Virus record (IMG/VR): IMGVR_UViG_2974665086_000001
Span: 54,700 to 118,699 of that record
Reading direction: 5' to 3' (one strand)
Source: a virus
Taxonomy: Duplodnaviria; Heunggongvirae; Uroviricota; Caudoviricetes
Length of the DNA stretch: 64,000 nucleotides
Shown: piece after piece, positions 19,363-29,034 of the stretch
Layout: each line of letters starts with the position of its first letter
How positions within the stretch are numbered: position 1 is the first letter of the stretch
Notes under the pieces: generated by a model
The model's database searches: none
Told to the model about the DNA's origin: nothing
Seen by the model: the letters and a program-made list of their open reading frames with translations, nothing else
Program-made: the position numbers and the translations under genes

Positions 19363-20133
19363 TTGACAGAGTTAAATGATGTACTGTGGGTAAAAACTAC
19401 AGATGAAATTAAAGAGATAGTAGAAGGAATTAAAGGGTCTTTCGTAGAAAAAGAAACTACGGGATTTGTACAAAAGAAAAGCTTTAGCCCTAGCCGTTTG
19501 GCGTGGGGTTCAGGCGGGTGCCCGAGAAACTGGTATTTCCTGTTCAAGGGTGTAGAAGGAAAGCGTGTAGATAGTTCCGACTCGTTAGATACAATGAGAA
19601 ACGGTACTGACAGTCACGCTAGAATTCAAGCTAGATTGGTTGATGGTCCGCTTGACATTACGATTGAAGAGCAACTACAATACGACGATCCTCCGATCAA
19701 TAGTTATTGTGACGCGATTGTAGAACGTCCTGACGGTCGTCGCATTCCTGTTGAAATTAAGACAACTAAAGCGGAAGCGTTTGCGTTCAGACAAACCAGC
19801 TTGGCCCCAGCAGAATATCACGTGTTTCAGCTTCTAGTTTATATGAAGATTCTAAATACAGATTTAGGATTTATCATGTACGAAAACAAGAACGATTATC
19901 GTAAGCTTTTGATGCCTGTTCATATGGACGAGACTAACAAAAAGATTATCGATGATGCGTTCAACTGGATGCGTGAAACTCGTACAGCTTATCTTGACGG
20001 TAACGTTCCCGAGTATTTCGAGGGACGCAGAAAGAACAGCAAAATTTGCGGGCAGTGTGATCTAAAGACACTGTGTGATTCCGTTGGTCAGGGTACTGTT
20101 CCCATTCCCTTGCTTAAGGATTACAACAAGTGA
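19363..20133 (+). CDS. PD-(D/E)XK (RecB/Cas4-like) exonuclease with C-terminal Cys cluster
   Basis: D...EIK nuclease core, QxxxY motif, CGQCDLKTLCD cysteines. Confidence 0.55.
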   Translation: MTELNDVLWVKTTDEIKEIVEGIKGSFVEKETTGFVQKKSFSPSRLAWGSGGCPRNWYFLFKGVEGKRVDSSDSLDTMRNGTDSHARIQARLVDGPLDITIEEQLQYDDPPINSYCDAIVERPDGRRIPVEIKTTKAEAFAFRQTSLAPAEYHVFQLLVYMKILNTDLGFIMYENKNDYRKLLMPVHMDETNKKIIDDAFNWMRETRTAYLDGNVPEYFEGRRKNSKICGQCDLKTLCDSVGQGTVPIPLLKDYNK

Positions 20134-20672
20134 GGATAATGGGGATTGACTGTTCAACTAACAGTCTAGCTTGGGGCTTGATAGAAGACGGTGTGTTAGT
20201 CAACTATGGCGAATACTTTTTCGCAGGCTCAGATGTTTACAAACGTATGGTAGACGCACGTCGCAAGACGGAAGCACTCGCCGCTGACGGTCTGTTCGAT
20301 GTTGATTTCGTCGTATTCGAACAGGCCGTCATGGTCAAGTCTGTTGCTGTCGCTATTAAAATGGCGTCAGTATTCGGTGTTGTGATGAGTATTATTCTCG
20401 AACGCGGTGGCAAGGTTGTAGAAGTACAGCCGATGGTTTGGCAAGAGCATATCGGCAATCCAGTTTTGCGCGGTAAGGCTAGAACCCAGATTCTGTCAAG
20501 TCACCCCGAGCTTAAGACTAAATCACAAAGCGATACGTTCATTCGCAACTATCGCAAAAAGTTAACTGCTGACTGGGTAGAAACTGCATACGAAGTTGTT
20601 GCAGCAAACGATAACGTCAGTGACGCAATTGCTATTGCAAGTTTTGGATGGGATAGATTAAAACGTGCCTAA
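20130..20672 (+). CDS. RuvC-like Holliday junction resolvase
   Basis: MRIMGIDCSTNSLAWG N-terminus and acidic catalytic residues spaced as in RuvC. Confidence 0.7.
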   Translation: MRIMGIDCSTNSLAWGLIEDGVLVNYGEYFFAGSDVYKRMVDARRKTEALAADGLFDVDFVVFEQAVMVKSVAVAIKMASVFGVVMSIILERGGKVVEVQPMVWQEHIGNPVLRGKARTQILSSHPELKTKSQSDTFIRNYRKKLTADWVETAYEVVAANDNVSDAIAIASFGWDRLKRA

Positions 20673-20895
20673 GGTATATGATAGTAAAGCTTGGCTACAA
20701 CTTGAGTTTGTGACAAGACGTAAAACAGTTGAGCAGATTGCCAAGGAACAAGGAGTCGCGAAAAACACTATTCGCGAGAGACTAAAGAAATTTGGACTAA
20801 TTAGATGATGATTCATATTAGAGGAATTGATAATGAACTTCCTCAGACCCTTTTAGTTGGATGCGAGTTTAAGAATTTAAACGAAGCTCTAGCGT

Positions 20896-21465
20896 TTGCT
20901 GGTCGTCTTCAAAACATGCTTGGTGATGAGTGGGAGGCTCCAAGTGAGTAACATTTACTTTACTGGTGCAGGTGGTACCGGCAAGACAACTTTGCGTGAC
21001 TTGCTGGCACCTAAGCTCGGTCTTAAGACTGTAGAATCTGTCAGTCGCAGCAGCCCGTTTACGCCGGGTACAGCGGAGCACCAGGATTATGTTTCTGGAC
21101 GTATCTATGACGACGCGGTAGAGAAAGACGGTTATCTGTTAGACCGTACTCCATTTGACGTAGTGGCATACGACTATGCTTATGACGTTGGTAATAAGGC
21201 ACGTGACAGATGGTTAGCCAACTTTTTCGTAACTAAAAAGCGACCACTGATATTCTACTTTCCTATCTATTGGCAGGCAGAAGAAGATGGTTTCCGTCCA
21301 ACCGATCAAAAGCTTTTAGACGCGGTGGACGAGACTATTAAAATACAGTTGGACTTTTTTAGATTGGACTATTATACTGTACCTAATGAAACTCCCGAGC
21401 GCAGGCTAGAACTTGCTCTAGAGTTTCTAGAAAAGAGGAAGCAGAATGCCCGTATACTCATATAA
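20896..21465 (+). CDS. P-loop NTPase (putative nucleotide/nucleoside kinase)
   Basis: Walker A FTGAGGTGKTT at N-terminus. Confidence 0.5.
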   Translation: MLVVFKTCLVMSGRLQVSNIYFTGAGGTGKTTLRDLLAPKLGLKTVESVSRSSPFTPGTAEHQDYVSGRIYDDAVEKDGYLLDRTPFDVVAYDYAYDVGNKARDRWLANFFVTKKRPLIFYFPIYWQAEEDGFRPTDQKLLDAVDETIKIQLDFFRLDYYTVPNETPERRLELALEFLEKRKQNARILI

Positions 21466-21561
21466 AACTGAGTCCGGTGAAATCGTTGAGCGTATTGTAC
21501 CTATTGCAGAACGAGACAACCAACCCAATCTAGAAAGATTGATTGAATTTAATGGATCAGT

Positions 21562-21888
21562 TTGGGCACCAACCTCGGGAGGTATGCGCTAATGGTGCGT
21601 CAGAAGAAAGCCGTAAAAGACGTATTAGGACCATACTGGTACAATCCTAATATTAGGTTGGTGTATGAACTACCGTTTAAAAAAGATGTAATCGTTCCTG
21701 GAACTTTACTTAAGCTTACAGGCAGCGACAGGTCAATATATCGTTTTGTGTGTCTCGTAGTCAATAGCGAGACTGGCAAAGAATGGATAGATGTATTTGA
21801 TACTAACTTAGGAGGTAAGCGCAGCTTTTATGTTGACCGTATCAAAGCTATTCACATAGCTAAGAAAAGTCGCGCTAAGAAAGTATGA
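21562..21888 (+). CDS. hypothetical protein
   Basis: 108-aa basic ORF. Confidence 0.35.
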   Translation: MGTNLGRYALMVRQKKAVKDVLGPYWYNPNIRLVYELPFKKDVIVPGTLLKLTGSDRSIYRFVCLVVNSETGKEWIDVFDTNLGGKRSFYVDRIKAIHIAKKSRAKKV

Positions 21889-22406
21889 GCGAGATTGAAC
21901 CCGCTCTAGATGCTGAAACAGATCGTAATATGATGATCGTCCGTTTGACTTCGGAGGGCCGCAATGCAGCCTATATCCAGAGTCAAACGGGTGCACCTAG
22001 AGCAGTACAGAGAGACGTTATCGAGAAGTTTAAACACTACGCTCGAAACGATTTATATACACAGCAGAGAAGTCGAGAAATTGTCGGCTTCTCAGATCAG
22101 CATTTCGGAAGCATTATAGAACAACTGTATGAAGTTGTCAGTGAAGCTGATATGAATAGCGACTACAAAAACAAGGCAAACACACTTAAGATGATTGCCG
22201 AGATTGAAGCTAAGCGTATCGACTTCCTGCAAAAGGCAGGTGTTCTTTCAGCTCAGAATATTGGTGATGAAGTAGCACAAGCAGCAATAGTCAAGGAACA
22301 AATTATCGGAATCCTTAAAGAGACTATTACTAAGTTCCCCCAAACTAGATCGTTTATTGAGGCACAGCTACTAGAACTAAATAACAGTGGTGCGGCTAAT
22401 GGCTGA
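21885..22406 (+). CDS. candidate terminase small subunit
   Basis: 173-aa ORF immediately upstream of, and overlapping, terminase large subunit; position only. Confidence 0.35.
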   Translation: MSEIEPALDAETDRNMMIVRLTSEGRNAAYIQSQTGAPRAVQRDVIEKFKHYARNDLYTQQRSREIVGFSDQHFGSIIEQLYEVVSEADMNSDYKNKANTLKMIAEIEAKRIDFLQKAGVLSAQNIGDEVAQAAIVKEQIIGILKETITKFPQTRSFIEAQLLELNNSGAANG

Positions 22407-24171
22407 CTTTACTGATTTCCTCGATGCGTTATCCGATGACGTGTTCGAGGAAATGCCCGTAGACTTGAATACATTTTTGTATGACAAGAACTTTATGCGC
22501 TTGCCACCCCTCAGCTTGATTCAGGAAGAGGTTATCGAGCGCGGTAGTCAAATCTATAAAGAAGAAACTCTGATTAAACTTTATGGACCCGAAAAGGGAA
22601 GGGATATCTGGGAAAAGAAAACAACTGTAAATATGCTACTGATGCTAGGTAAGGGTTCCGGTAAGGACTTCGTATCTCGTATTACTTGTGCATATTCCGT
22701 ATATAAACTATTGTGTTTACGTGATCCAGCAGCTTACTTCGGTAAGCCTAGTGGTGACGCGATTGATATTGTCAACATGGCTATCAACGCTCGTCAGGCT
22801 ATTAACGTATTCTTCAATGGTTTACTGAAAGATATTAAGAACTGTGCTTGGTTCGCGGGTAAGTTTAGTGCGCGTGCCAATGATATTAAGTTCGACAAGG
22901 AAATCACTGTTCACTCACTGCACTCTAGTTATGAAGCAGCCGAAGGTTTGAACATTATGATTGCCGTACTTGACGAAATCGACGGTTTCGAGACAGAAGG
23001 CCAAGCAGATAAGATTTATGACGCTCTGTACGGTACTGTAAGCTCTCGTTACCCAGACGTAGGCAAGGTTATTTGTCTGTCATTCCCCCGTACAAAAGAC
23101 GGGTTTATGATGCGTACCTATAACGATGCGGTGATCGACAAGACTGTAGAGCAGTTTAGTCACACATTTAAATTAAATGAAGATTTACCTGACGGTATTG
23201 TAGAAAATGAATTCACTGTTACTTGGACTGAGGATAGTAATCTAGGTTACAAGTACAGCAACTTCTTTGCTTTGAAGGCTCCGACATTTAGAGTTAACCC
23301 AACTCGTCATATCGAAGACTACAAAATGCCTTTCTACAAGGACTTCCAAAAGGATACGCAGGATACGCTTATGCGTGTGTGTGCTAATCCACCGGACCAC
23401 GACAGTACAAGCTTCTTTAAGAACCACGCAAAGCTAGAAAAGTTATTTGCGGGTCCGAACGGGTGGCACAAGGATGAATTACAACTTAACTCAGACTTCG
23501 GTAATGAATACTATATTCACGTTGACCTTTCAAAGGTCTCTGACCGATGTGTAGTAGCAATGGGACACGTTTCGGCGTGGCAAGCAATGGACTTGGGAGC
23601 ACAACAGACTACTCCCCGCCCATTTATAACTATTGACTTATTCAGAGTTTGGGAACCAACTAGATCAGACCCAGTAGACCACGGACAGGTAAGAGACTTT
23701 ATTGTAAGTTTGTCACACGTGTTCAATGTGAAGAAAGTCACATTCGACCAGTGGGGTAGCTTCGATATGATTGAATACCTAAACAACGTTGGTGTAATTG
23801 CAGAAAAGAACAGCTTGGCTCGTGAAGAGTATCAAGAATTCTTAACTGTAGTTGGTGAGGAACGTCTCGACGCACCGTACGACGAACGCTTGCTCCGTGA
23901 GCTTAAGCACCTTATAATTACGCCTACGGGAAAAGTTGACCACCCCAAGGGTGCAGACCAGTACAACGATATTTCAGAAGCCGTATGTGGCGTTATCAAC
24001 AACTGTATTGAGAACGCTCGCGAATCGGCAGACCTGCAAATCGTGGACCTGACCAGCCTAAGACGCGATAACTTGCGCGACGAAGCACAAGTTGATAGTG
24101 TGTTTTCAGTGGCAAACAGAGAAATGCCAGATGATATTCGTAAGTTCTTAGATGGATTAGGTGGTGTATGA
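22387..24171 (+). CDS. terL: terminase large subunit
   Basis: Walker A-like LGKGSGKDF, ATPase then RNaseH-like nuclease domain, 594 aa. Confidence 0.75.
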   Translation: MVRLMADFTDFLDALSDDVFEEMPVDLNTFLYDKNFMRLPPLSLIQEEVIERGSQIYKEETLIKLYGPEKGRDIWEKKTTVNMLLMLGKGSGKDFVSRITCAYSVYKLLCLRDPAAYFGKPSGDAIDIVNMAINARQAINVFFNGLLKDIKNCAWFAGKFSARANDIKFDKEITVHSLHSSYEAAEGLNIMIAVLDEIDGFETEGQADKIYDALYGTVSSRYPDVGKVICLSFPRTKDGFMMRTYNDAVIDKTVEQFSHTFKLNEDLPDGIVENEFTVTWTEDSNLGYKYSNFFALKAPTFRVNPTRHIEDYKMPFYKDFQKDTQDTLMRVCANPPDHDSTSFFKNHAKLEKLFAGPNGWHKDELQLNSDFGNEYYIHVDLSKVSDRCVVAMGHVSAWQAMDLGAQQTTPRPFITIDLFRVWEPTRSDPVDHGQVRDFIVSLSHVFNVKKVTFDQWGSFDMIEYLNNVGVIAEKNSLAREEYQEFLTVVGEERLDAPYDERLLRELKHLIITPTGKVDHPKGADQYNDISEAVCGVINNCIENARESADLQIVDLTSLRRDNLRDEAQVDSVFSVANREMPDDIRKFLDGLGGV

Positions 24172-24674
24172 TAGTTGAAGAACAAAAGTTAAGGCAAGCT
24201 CAAATTGTCGAACTTTTGATTAAGCGCGATGGAGATTTTTGTCAGTTCTATGACTGCCCTGGTGACAGGTATAAGTTTACTGACGACAACTTCCGTACTA
24301 TCGACCACGTTCTACCCCGAAGCAAGGGTGGAACTGATACAATGGACAACTATGTGTTGATGCACTTCAAGTGCAACAATAAAAAGTCTGACCGTTTGTA
24401 CCTGGAAGATGGTACACTGGAACCGTTGCCTTACAGGGAACCAAAGAATAAGGTTGTCAAGCGTGCTCCTATGAGCTGCTGCAACGAAGGTAGAAATTTG
24501 TCGCGAGACGAAATCTGCGAAACTTGTGGTATGCTTCCACAACCTTATTCTTTTCCCAAGTGGGCGCAGCGGGACTCGAAAGACTGTGATCATAGTATGT
24601 ATCACTGCAAGTGGTGTATCATCGGTATCTACGAGAGAACACCTGTAAGCCGCAATCTATTTGGATTGAATTGA
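24168..24674 (+). CDS. HNH endonuclease
   Basis: HVLPRSKGGTDTMDNYVLMHFKCNNKKSD HNH motif plus Cys clusters; typical HNH partner of terminase. Confidence 0.7.
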   Translation: MIVEEQKLRQAQIVELLIKRDGDFCQFYDCPGDRYKFTDDNFRTIDHVLPRSKGGTDTMDNYVLMHFKCNNKKSDRLYLEDGTLEPLPYREPKNKVVKRAPMSCCNEGRNLSRDEICETCGMLPQPYSFPKWAQRDSKDCDHSMYHCKWCIIGIYERTPVSRNLFGLN

Positions 24675-24681
24675 TAGGACT

Positions 24682-25155
24682 ATGACAGATAACGAAATTA
24701 ACGAAGAGGAAATGTCTGCTCTGATTGCAGATGCACAGGAGTCCGAACAGGATATCCGTGCGTTGCATATGACAGATTTTATCAACAAGTGGCAGCAAGT
24801 TAGATTGGATAATATTCCTGTCCAGTTCTTGAATTTCCGTTTGATCAACAGGTTCGTGTATGATCGTAATCCTGACGCCCTCGGGCACTGGGATGCAGTC
24901 AAGCCCGCAAGCCCTGATGCGATCAAGCAGATTCTTGGTTTTGAGTTGGGCGCAGCCTTTATTGACTGGCTCACGATGACTAGAACTGCATACGTGTTGC
25001 AGCAAATGAGCACGAACATGAAGTTTAACTTTATCGAAATGGGTATGGACAACGAAGGTAACGTTTGTTACAGTGTTGTTGAGTCAAATCCTAAGCTAAC
25101 TGATGAACTTCGCAGTCATGTGGAGAGAGTTATTGCAGCAAATTCAAGGGTTTGA
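24682..25155 (+). CDS. hypothetical protein
   Basis: 157-aa ORF. Confidence 0.4.
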   Translation: MTDNEINEEEMSALIADAQESEQDIRALHMTDFINKWQQVRLDNIPVQFLNFRLINRFVYDRNPDALGHWDAVKPASPDAIKQILGFELGAAFIDWLTMTRTAYVLQQMSTNMKFNFIEMGMDNEGNVCYSVVESNPKLTDELRSHVERVIAANSRV

Positions 25156-25357
25156 CGATCTAGATTTGAGCGACTATGCTCAAGATGTTGCCGATTTTAT
25201 GGCAAGTTATGCTAACCTGTGTCAGGCTTACGGCGGGGAAGAAGAAGTCCGTCGTATACAACAGGAAATAAAGTTTCAGGCGAGCCGGGGTGCAGACTTA
25301 GTTGTTGCCATTGCGGAAAGCTTTGAACATTTTAAACGAAAGTATGGTATTGAATGA
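25103..25357 (+). CDS. hypothetical protein
   Basis: 84-aa ORF. Confidence 0.3.
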   Translation: MNFAVMWRELLQQIQGFDDLDLSDYAQDVADFMASYANLCQAYGGEEEVRRIQQEIKFQASRGADLVVAIAESFEHFKRKYGIE

Positions 25358-25510
25358 GTGGATTTGACGAAGGGTTAGAATCCATCGAGGTTGGCAGTTT
25401 GACAATCGGCCTTGGTGTGTTAGGATTAGTCGCAGACGGTGCAGCCGCAATTGCAGAAACAGCAACGGCAGGAATGCTTAAGATTGCTAATCGCTTGCAG
25501 AACATCGTAG

Positions 25511-25798
25511 GTGTTGACAATGACTGACGTTAACGTTACGCTTGAACCTGACGACGAACTTCCAGATGAAGCAGAAGTTATGCTAATTCTTGGCAAGGAA
25601 GAAGTTATTGTCCTACGTGAACTTCTTTTTGTAACTCAGTTGAGTACAAAGGGAAAGGGTGCTATTGTTGCAGCAATTGCAAAGGCACTCGATGATCTAG
25701 GGTTCGACCCGGAGCTAGATGAAGATTGGCTAACAAATCTGTGTACTGGTAAGATTATCACACAGAAGTCAGTTGACACCGGCATCTATTGGGTGTAA
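25511..25798 (+). CDS. hypothetical acidic protein
   Basis: 95-aa ORF. Confidence 0.4.
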   Translation: MLTMTDVNVTLEPDDELPDEAEVMLILGKEEVIVLRELLFVTQLSTKGKGAIVAAIAKALDDLGFDPELDEDWLTNLCTGKIITQKSVDTGIYWV

Positions 25799-25805
25799 AA
25801 TAAAT

Positions 25806-25843
25806 AGTACCCGAGCGTACTTCTCACGACTACGCTCGGTACT
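25806..25843 (+). terminator. stem-loop terminator
   Basis: CCGAGCGTA...TACGCTCGG 9-bp hairpin directly after the gene stop. Confidence 0.55.
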
Positions 25844-25846
25844 TAT

Positions 25847-25932
25847 ATCAGAGTCACAATGATGGTTAATTGTAGCTAGACTTTCAATCTAGTGTCCGTA
25901 AGGACTCGCGGGTTCAATTCCCGTCTCTGATA
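25847..25932 (+). tRNA. tRNA with long variable arm; anticodon loop CTTTCAA (UUC?) - identity uncertain
   Basis: Acceptor ATCAGAG/CTCTGAT, D-arm ACAAT..ATTGT, T-arm GCGGGTTCAATTCCCGT. Confidence 0.5.
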
Positions 25933-25989
25933 CGTTAAAGGATGAGTAGCGCTTAAATCATCCAAAAACCATCTAGGTTGCAAACTAGA

Positions 25990-26068
25990 TGAACAAAGGT
26001 ATTCAAATAGTGTTTAATGGCAACACACCCTGGTAATGGGAGTTCTGGGTTCGATTCCCAGTTTGTTT
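25990..26068 (+). tRNA. tRNA-like element (clean T-arm, noncanonical body)
   Basis: CTGGGTTCGATTCCCAG T-arm, acceptor GAACAAA/TTTGTTT; D/anticodon arms do not fold canonically. Confidence 0.3.
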
Positions 26069-26080
26069 ATTCTTTGTTAT

Positions 26081-26153
26081 GGGGTAGATTGTATAATGGC
26101 ATACTGCCAGCCTTCCAAGCTGGATTTAGCGGGTTCGATCCCCGTCTGCCTCA
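26081..26153 (+). tRNA. tRNA-Gly (UCC)
   Basis: Acceptor GGGGTAG/CTGCCTC, anticodon arm CCAGC-CTTCCAA-GCTGG, T-arm GCGGGTTCGATCCCCGT. Confidence 0.75.
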
Positions 26154-26159
26154 CGTTAT

Positions 26160-26258
26160 GAACCGGAGTTAGTTGTTTATCTGTTGCCAAAGTAGTATCG
26201 GTGAACCAACTATTCACCAGCCCGAGAAATCGGGTTTAACAATTAGCACAACAAGTTC
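26160..26258 (+). ncRNA. Y RNA-like element a (family of 12)
   Basis: 5' GAACCGG-N9-GTTTATC; 3' partner CAAGTTC; position 3 A pairs with T. Confidence 0.55.
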
Positions 26259-26267
26259 ATATCCAAT

Positions 26268-26338
26268 GTGACGTTGGTATAATGGTATTACATTTGCTTG
26301 CCAAGCAAATAACGCGGGTTCGATTCCCGTACGTCGCT
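26268..26338 (+). tRNA. tRNA-Gly (GCC)
   Basis: Acceptor GTGACGT/ACGTCGC, anticodon arm TTTGC-TTGCCAA-GCAAA, T-loop TTCGATT. Confidence 0.6.
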
Positions 26339-26345
26339 CTCGTTG

Positions 26346-26453
26346 AGCCGATTAGATATCGGTTATCATACTGGTTCGAATCCGGTCTTGTCTCTTTCGA
26401 GGGCACGATCAAGCACAATTTGGGTGCTATAATCCGATTCTTACACCATGCTC
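26346..26453 (+). ncRNA. Y RNA-like element b, contains internal T-arm (ACTGGTTCGAATCCGGT)
   Basis: 5' GAGCCGA-TTAGATATC-GGTTATC; 3' CATGCTC (G:C covariation). Confidence 0.6.
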
Positions 26454-26470
26454 AACTATAATTTAATGCT

Positions 26471-26647
26471 GAACCGATTGGTAGTTGGTTACCACGATAA
26501 AGCTGGACGAAAGAGCCAGCATACAAGTGTGGTCAATAAAAGGCTTAACACTTATGGTTTTACCCCGTTAGACGCTTTACCTTTTTGGCATCCGCAGGTA
26601 AAGTGAACGCTAGGATACGCCACTTCCAACAATCAGATAACATGTTC
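26471..26647 (+). ncRNA. Y RNA-like element c (long, ~177 nt)
   Basis: 5' GAACCGA-TTGGTAGTT-GGTTACC; 3' AACATGTTC; -10-like CTATAAT 9 nt upstream. Confidence 0.55.
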
Positions 26648-26739
26648 AGTTAAAGTTTCTAGGCCAGCGAATTTACAAAGGAGTCCCCGAGGGGAAAGTT
26701 TCAGCTTGTGCCTAGAAGGCCAGGGTTCGCCCTGGTTCT

Positions 26740-26811
26740 ATCCCGTTCGTATAGCGGTCAATACACTAGATTCTCAATCTAGCAACAGGGGTTCAACTCC
26801 CCTACGGGATA
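26740..26811 (+). tRNA. tRNA-Glu (CUC)
   Basis: Acceptor ATCCCGT/ACGGGAT perfect, D-arm GTAT..ATAC, anticodon arm CTAGA-TTCTCAA-TCTAG, T-arm AGGGGTTCAACTCCCCT. Confidence 0.7.
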
Positions 26812-26950
26812 CTCATGGCACCGAAGTTAATTTGGTAAAAACACCGAATGGTAGACGTATCGTTAACTGTAGTAGTGACGACTCGATCAGTTTGGCCGGT
26901 AGGCCCGGAGATTGGTGGTTCGATTCCGCCCGGAGCAATCTAACTTAAGG
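26812..26950 (+). ncRNA. structured RNA region with degenerate Y-like 5' motifs and a terminal T-arm; not a canonical tRNA
   Basis: CACCGAAGTTAATTTGGTAAAAAC and ACACCGAATGGTAGACGTATCGTTAAC resemble the family 5' arm; GGTGGTTCGATTCCGCC T-arm at the 3' end. Confidence 0.3.
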
Positions 26951-27419
26951 AATATATTATGAACTGGATTGACAACTTCAATCAAGACTTGTTAGAGTTT
27001 TTGCGTGAAGATGATGTAATTCCTAAAGGGTATTCGATCCATGAAATTCAGACCAGAGAGAGCACTAAAAAGTGTGGCGAAGGAACCTGCGACCTTACTT
27101 ACTTTCCATTGACCATATGGGTAATAAACACGTGGAAAACAAATTGTAAGATAATCGAGTCGGAGTACGACTTTGCAGAATTTATGCAATGGGTTGCCAA
27201 CAAACAAAGATCGATTAAGGATTCTAAGTGAAATCTCTTATGAGCGCAGCAGTTCTGATAATCGCAGCAATAGGAGTTATTTCTCTTATTTACACGACTG
27301 CAATGTTCGGAATCGAAACAACGTTTAAGTGCGGTGCACTAGAGTCCGTGCCGGTTGCAGAAAAAGAATGCTGGCAGCCTTTTACAGGTAATGTTAAGCT
27401 AGACTAATCAGGAGATATA

Positions 27420-27665
27420 ATGGCAATTCAGTTCAAGAGACTGGGCAAGGTTCGTCCCAGTGCAGGGAGTCACTTCCCTTATACACAAACTAATGTGCAC
27501 TATTTCATCATCGAAAACGGTGTACCTGCTCCGATCTTTGTTGATCGACAGTTCGTTAAAGATATCAAGTCCAGTGACCCGGATATTTATGCAGTTTGGC
27601 CGGGTAAGTACACCAGTAATATGTTTGCCATTGACAAGCTAGAGCTTGCTAAAGCCTTTATCTAG
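27420..27665 (+). CDS. hypothetical protein
   Basis: 81-aa ORF with RBS GGAGATATAATG. Confidence 0.35.
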   Translation: MAIQFKRLGKVRPSAGSHFPYTQTNVHYFIIENGVPAPIFVDRQFVKDIKSSDPDIYAVWPGKYTSNMFAIDKLELAKAFI

Positions 27666-27674
27666 GAGTACAGT

Positions 27675-28127
27675 ATGAAGTACGCAATCGCAATCGGAGA
27701 TTACTCCGATGACGGGCATGGCAAATGTGATCGCTATGTGGTAGAGTCAGACAAAGACTTCGATTTAAAAGATATCGCAAAAGCCTACCAGCAGTCTCGT
27801 AAAGAGCTGGGTAAAGGTATTGAAGATATCGCTACGTCTTATGAGTCATGGCCTCTGGAATCAGATGCACAGGTTTTTGTTGATGCAGGTTTGCAATGGC
27901 CTAAGGACTGGTTTGATCCCGATGAGGACGATCCAGAAGACTTGGCAGAAGTGCTTGCAGAAAACTGGGACGAAGATGTTTGGGTTTATGTATTCGAGTT
28001 CATGGTAAAGCGTCATCTGCCTGAATTTAACTTAAAGATTGTTAAAAGTGATCTGCCCGTTTTGTTCGGGGATTGGGGAGCAGTAGCCACCAAGGGTCAA
28101 ATTGGCTACGGAACGTTTAGCATGTGA
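27675..28127 (+). CDS. hypothetical acidic protein
   Basis: 150-aa ORF. Confidence 0.4.
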   Translation: MKYAIAIGDYSDDGHGKCDRYVVESDKDFDLKDIAKAYQQSRKELGKGIEDIATSYESWPLESDAQVFVDAGLQWPKDWFDPDEDDPEDLAEVLAENWDEDVWVYVFEFMVKRHLPEFNLKIVKSDLPVLFGDWGAVATKGQIGYGTFSM

Positions 28128-28330
28128 TGATTTGGCTAGCTAATGCTATTATGATATTCTGTGTAGCAACTATGGCCGGGATGATAATTTTTGTGATAGC
28201 GACGATTGTCGGGCAAGTTCTCAAATGGGCTTGCACTTTCCTGCTAGACCTAGTAGAGTTCATCTCAGCGCAGATCAGAGACTACCGATCAGCTCGCAGA
28301 CACAAGCGCTTGACAGACAACAAGCACTAA
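28124..28330 (+). CDS. small membrane protein
   Basis: 68 aa, single long hydrophobic segment. Confidence 0.35.
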   Translation: MMIWLANAIMIFCVATMAGMIIFVIATIVGQVLKWACTFLLDLVEFISAQIRDYRSARRHKRLTDNKH

Positions 28331-28384
28331 GATAGACTGAATTACGAAACACAGTGAATGAAATTGTTGCCTAACAAAGGAATT

Positions 28385-28413
28385 TGACAATGCTCTGAAC
28401 ATAGTGTAGAGTA
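28385..28413 (+). promoter_or_regulatory. sigma70-like promoter TTGACA-N17-TAGAGT driving the ncRNA/tRNA array
   Basis: TTGACA at 28385-28390, 17-nt spacer, TAGAGT 28408-28413; predicted start about 3 nt before element f. Confidence 0.45.
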
Positions 28414-28423
28414 GAACAAGTAC

Positions 28424-28502
28424 GAAACGGATAGCACGTCGGTTATCAACCAATTTGAATTAGTTATGGCCTATGGCCTCTCCGACAGCTAATAACATTT
28501 TC
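28424..28502 (+). ncRNA. Y RNA-like element f (variant GAAACGG)
   Basis: 5' GAAACGG-ATAGCACGT-CGGTTATC; 3' CATTTTC - double compensatory change (C4>A with G>T) preserves pairing. Confidence 0.55.
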
Positions 28503-28512
28503 GTACTACCAA

Positions 28513-28585
28513 TGGTCACTAGCTTAACTGGCAAAGCTACACCCTGTTAAGGTGTCCGATGTAGGTTCGAATCCTACGTGATCAG
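28513..28585 (+). tRNA. tRNA-Asn (GUU)
   Basis: Acceptor TGGTCAC/GTGATCA, D-arm GCTT..AAGC, anticodon arm ACACC-CTGTTAA-GGTGT, T-arm GTAGGTTCGAATCCTAC. Confidence 0.75.
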
Positions 28586-28591
28586 CTTTAA

Positions 28592-28720
28592 GAACCGAAT
28601 GTAGAGTCGTTTATCCTTCTGCAAAAAGGCTAGACTGGGTTCGAATCCCGGTGCCCCTGCCAACTTAGGGGTATAGTGTAATGGTAGCACAGTAAAAACG
28701 CGATTCTCGGCAACATGTTC
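28592..28720 (+). ncRNA. Y RNA-like element d with internal permuted tRNA-like module
   Basis: 5' GAACCGA-ATGTAGAGTC-GTTTATC; 3' AACATGTTC; internal CTGGGTTCGAATCCCGG T-arm, TGCCCCT-gccaactt-AGGGGTA closed acceptor-like stem, then TAGTGTAATGGTAGCAC D-arm. Confidence 0.6.
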
Positions 28721-28749
28721 TTATCAACTTCAATCAGAATGGAAGCAAA

Positions 28750-28905
28750 ATGCCAGAAGAAACAGTAACGATTAGCAAGCAGCAGTATGATAGTCTTGTT
28801 GAGGACAGTGAATTTCTCCAAAGATTGCAAGACGGCGGGGTAGACAATTGGCCTGGATACAGCGATTGTTACACGCAAGAAAAATTCGAAGCAGCCTTCG
28901 GATAA
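28750..28905 (+). CDS. small protein (51 aa) embedded in the ncRNA array; not in ORF track
   Basis: ATG 28750 preceded by GGAAGCAAA; MPEETVTISKQQYDSLVEDSEFLQRLQDGGVDNWPGYSDCYTQEKFEAAFG. Confidence 0.3.
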   Translation: MPEETVTISKQQYDSLVEDSEFLQRLQDGGVDNWPGYSDCYTQEKFEAAFG

Positions 28906-28917
28906 CATAAACTTTCT

Positions 28918-29009
28918 GAACCGGCAAGGTATTGGTTATCTAACAATGAATAAAACAAATCGGGGCAACGGTAACACCGGCCCTATATCCGATCCTTAAA
29001 CACATGTTC
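28918..29009 (+). ncRNA. Y RNA-like element e1
   Basis: 5' GAACCGG-CAAGGTATT-GGTTATC; 3' CACATGTTC. Confidence 0.55.
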
Positions 29010-29034
29010 AGAACAACAATTTAAAAAGCTTTTT

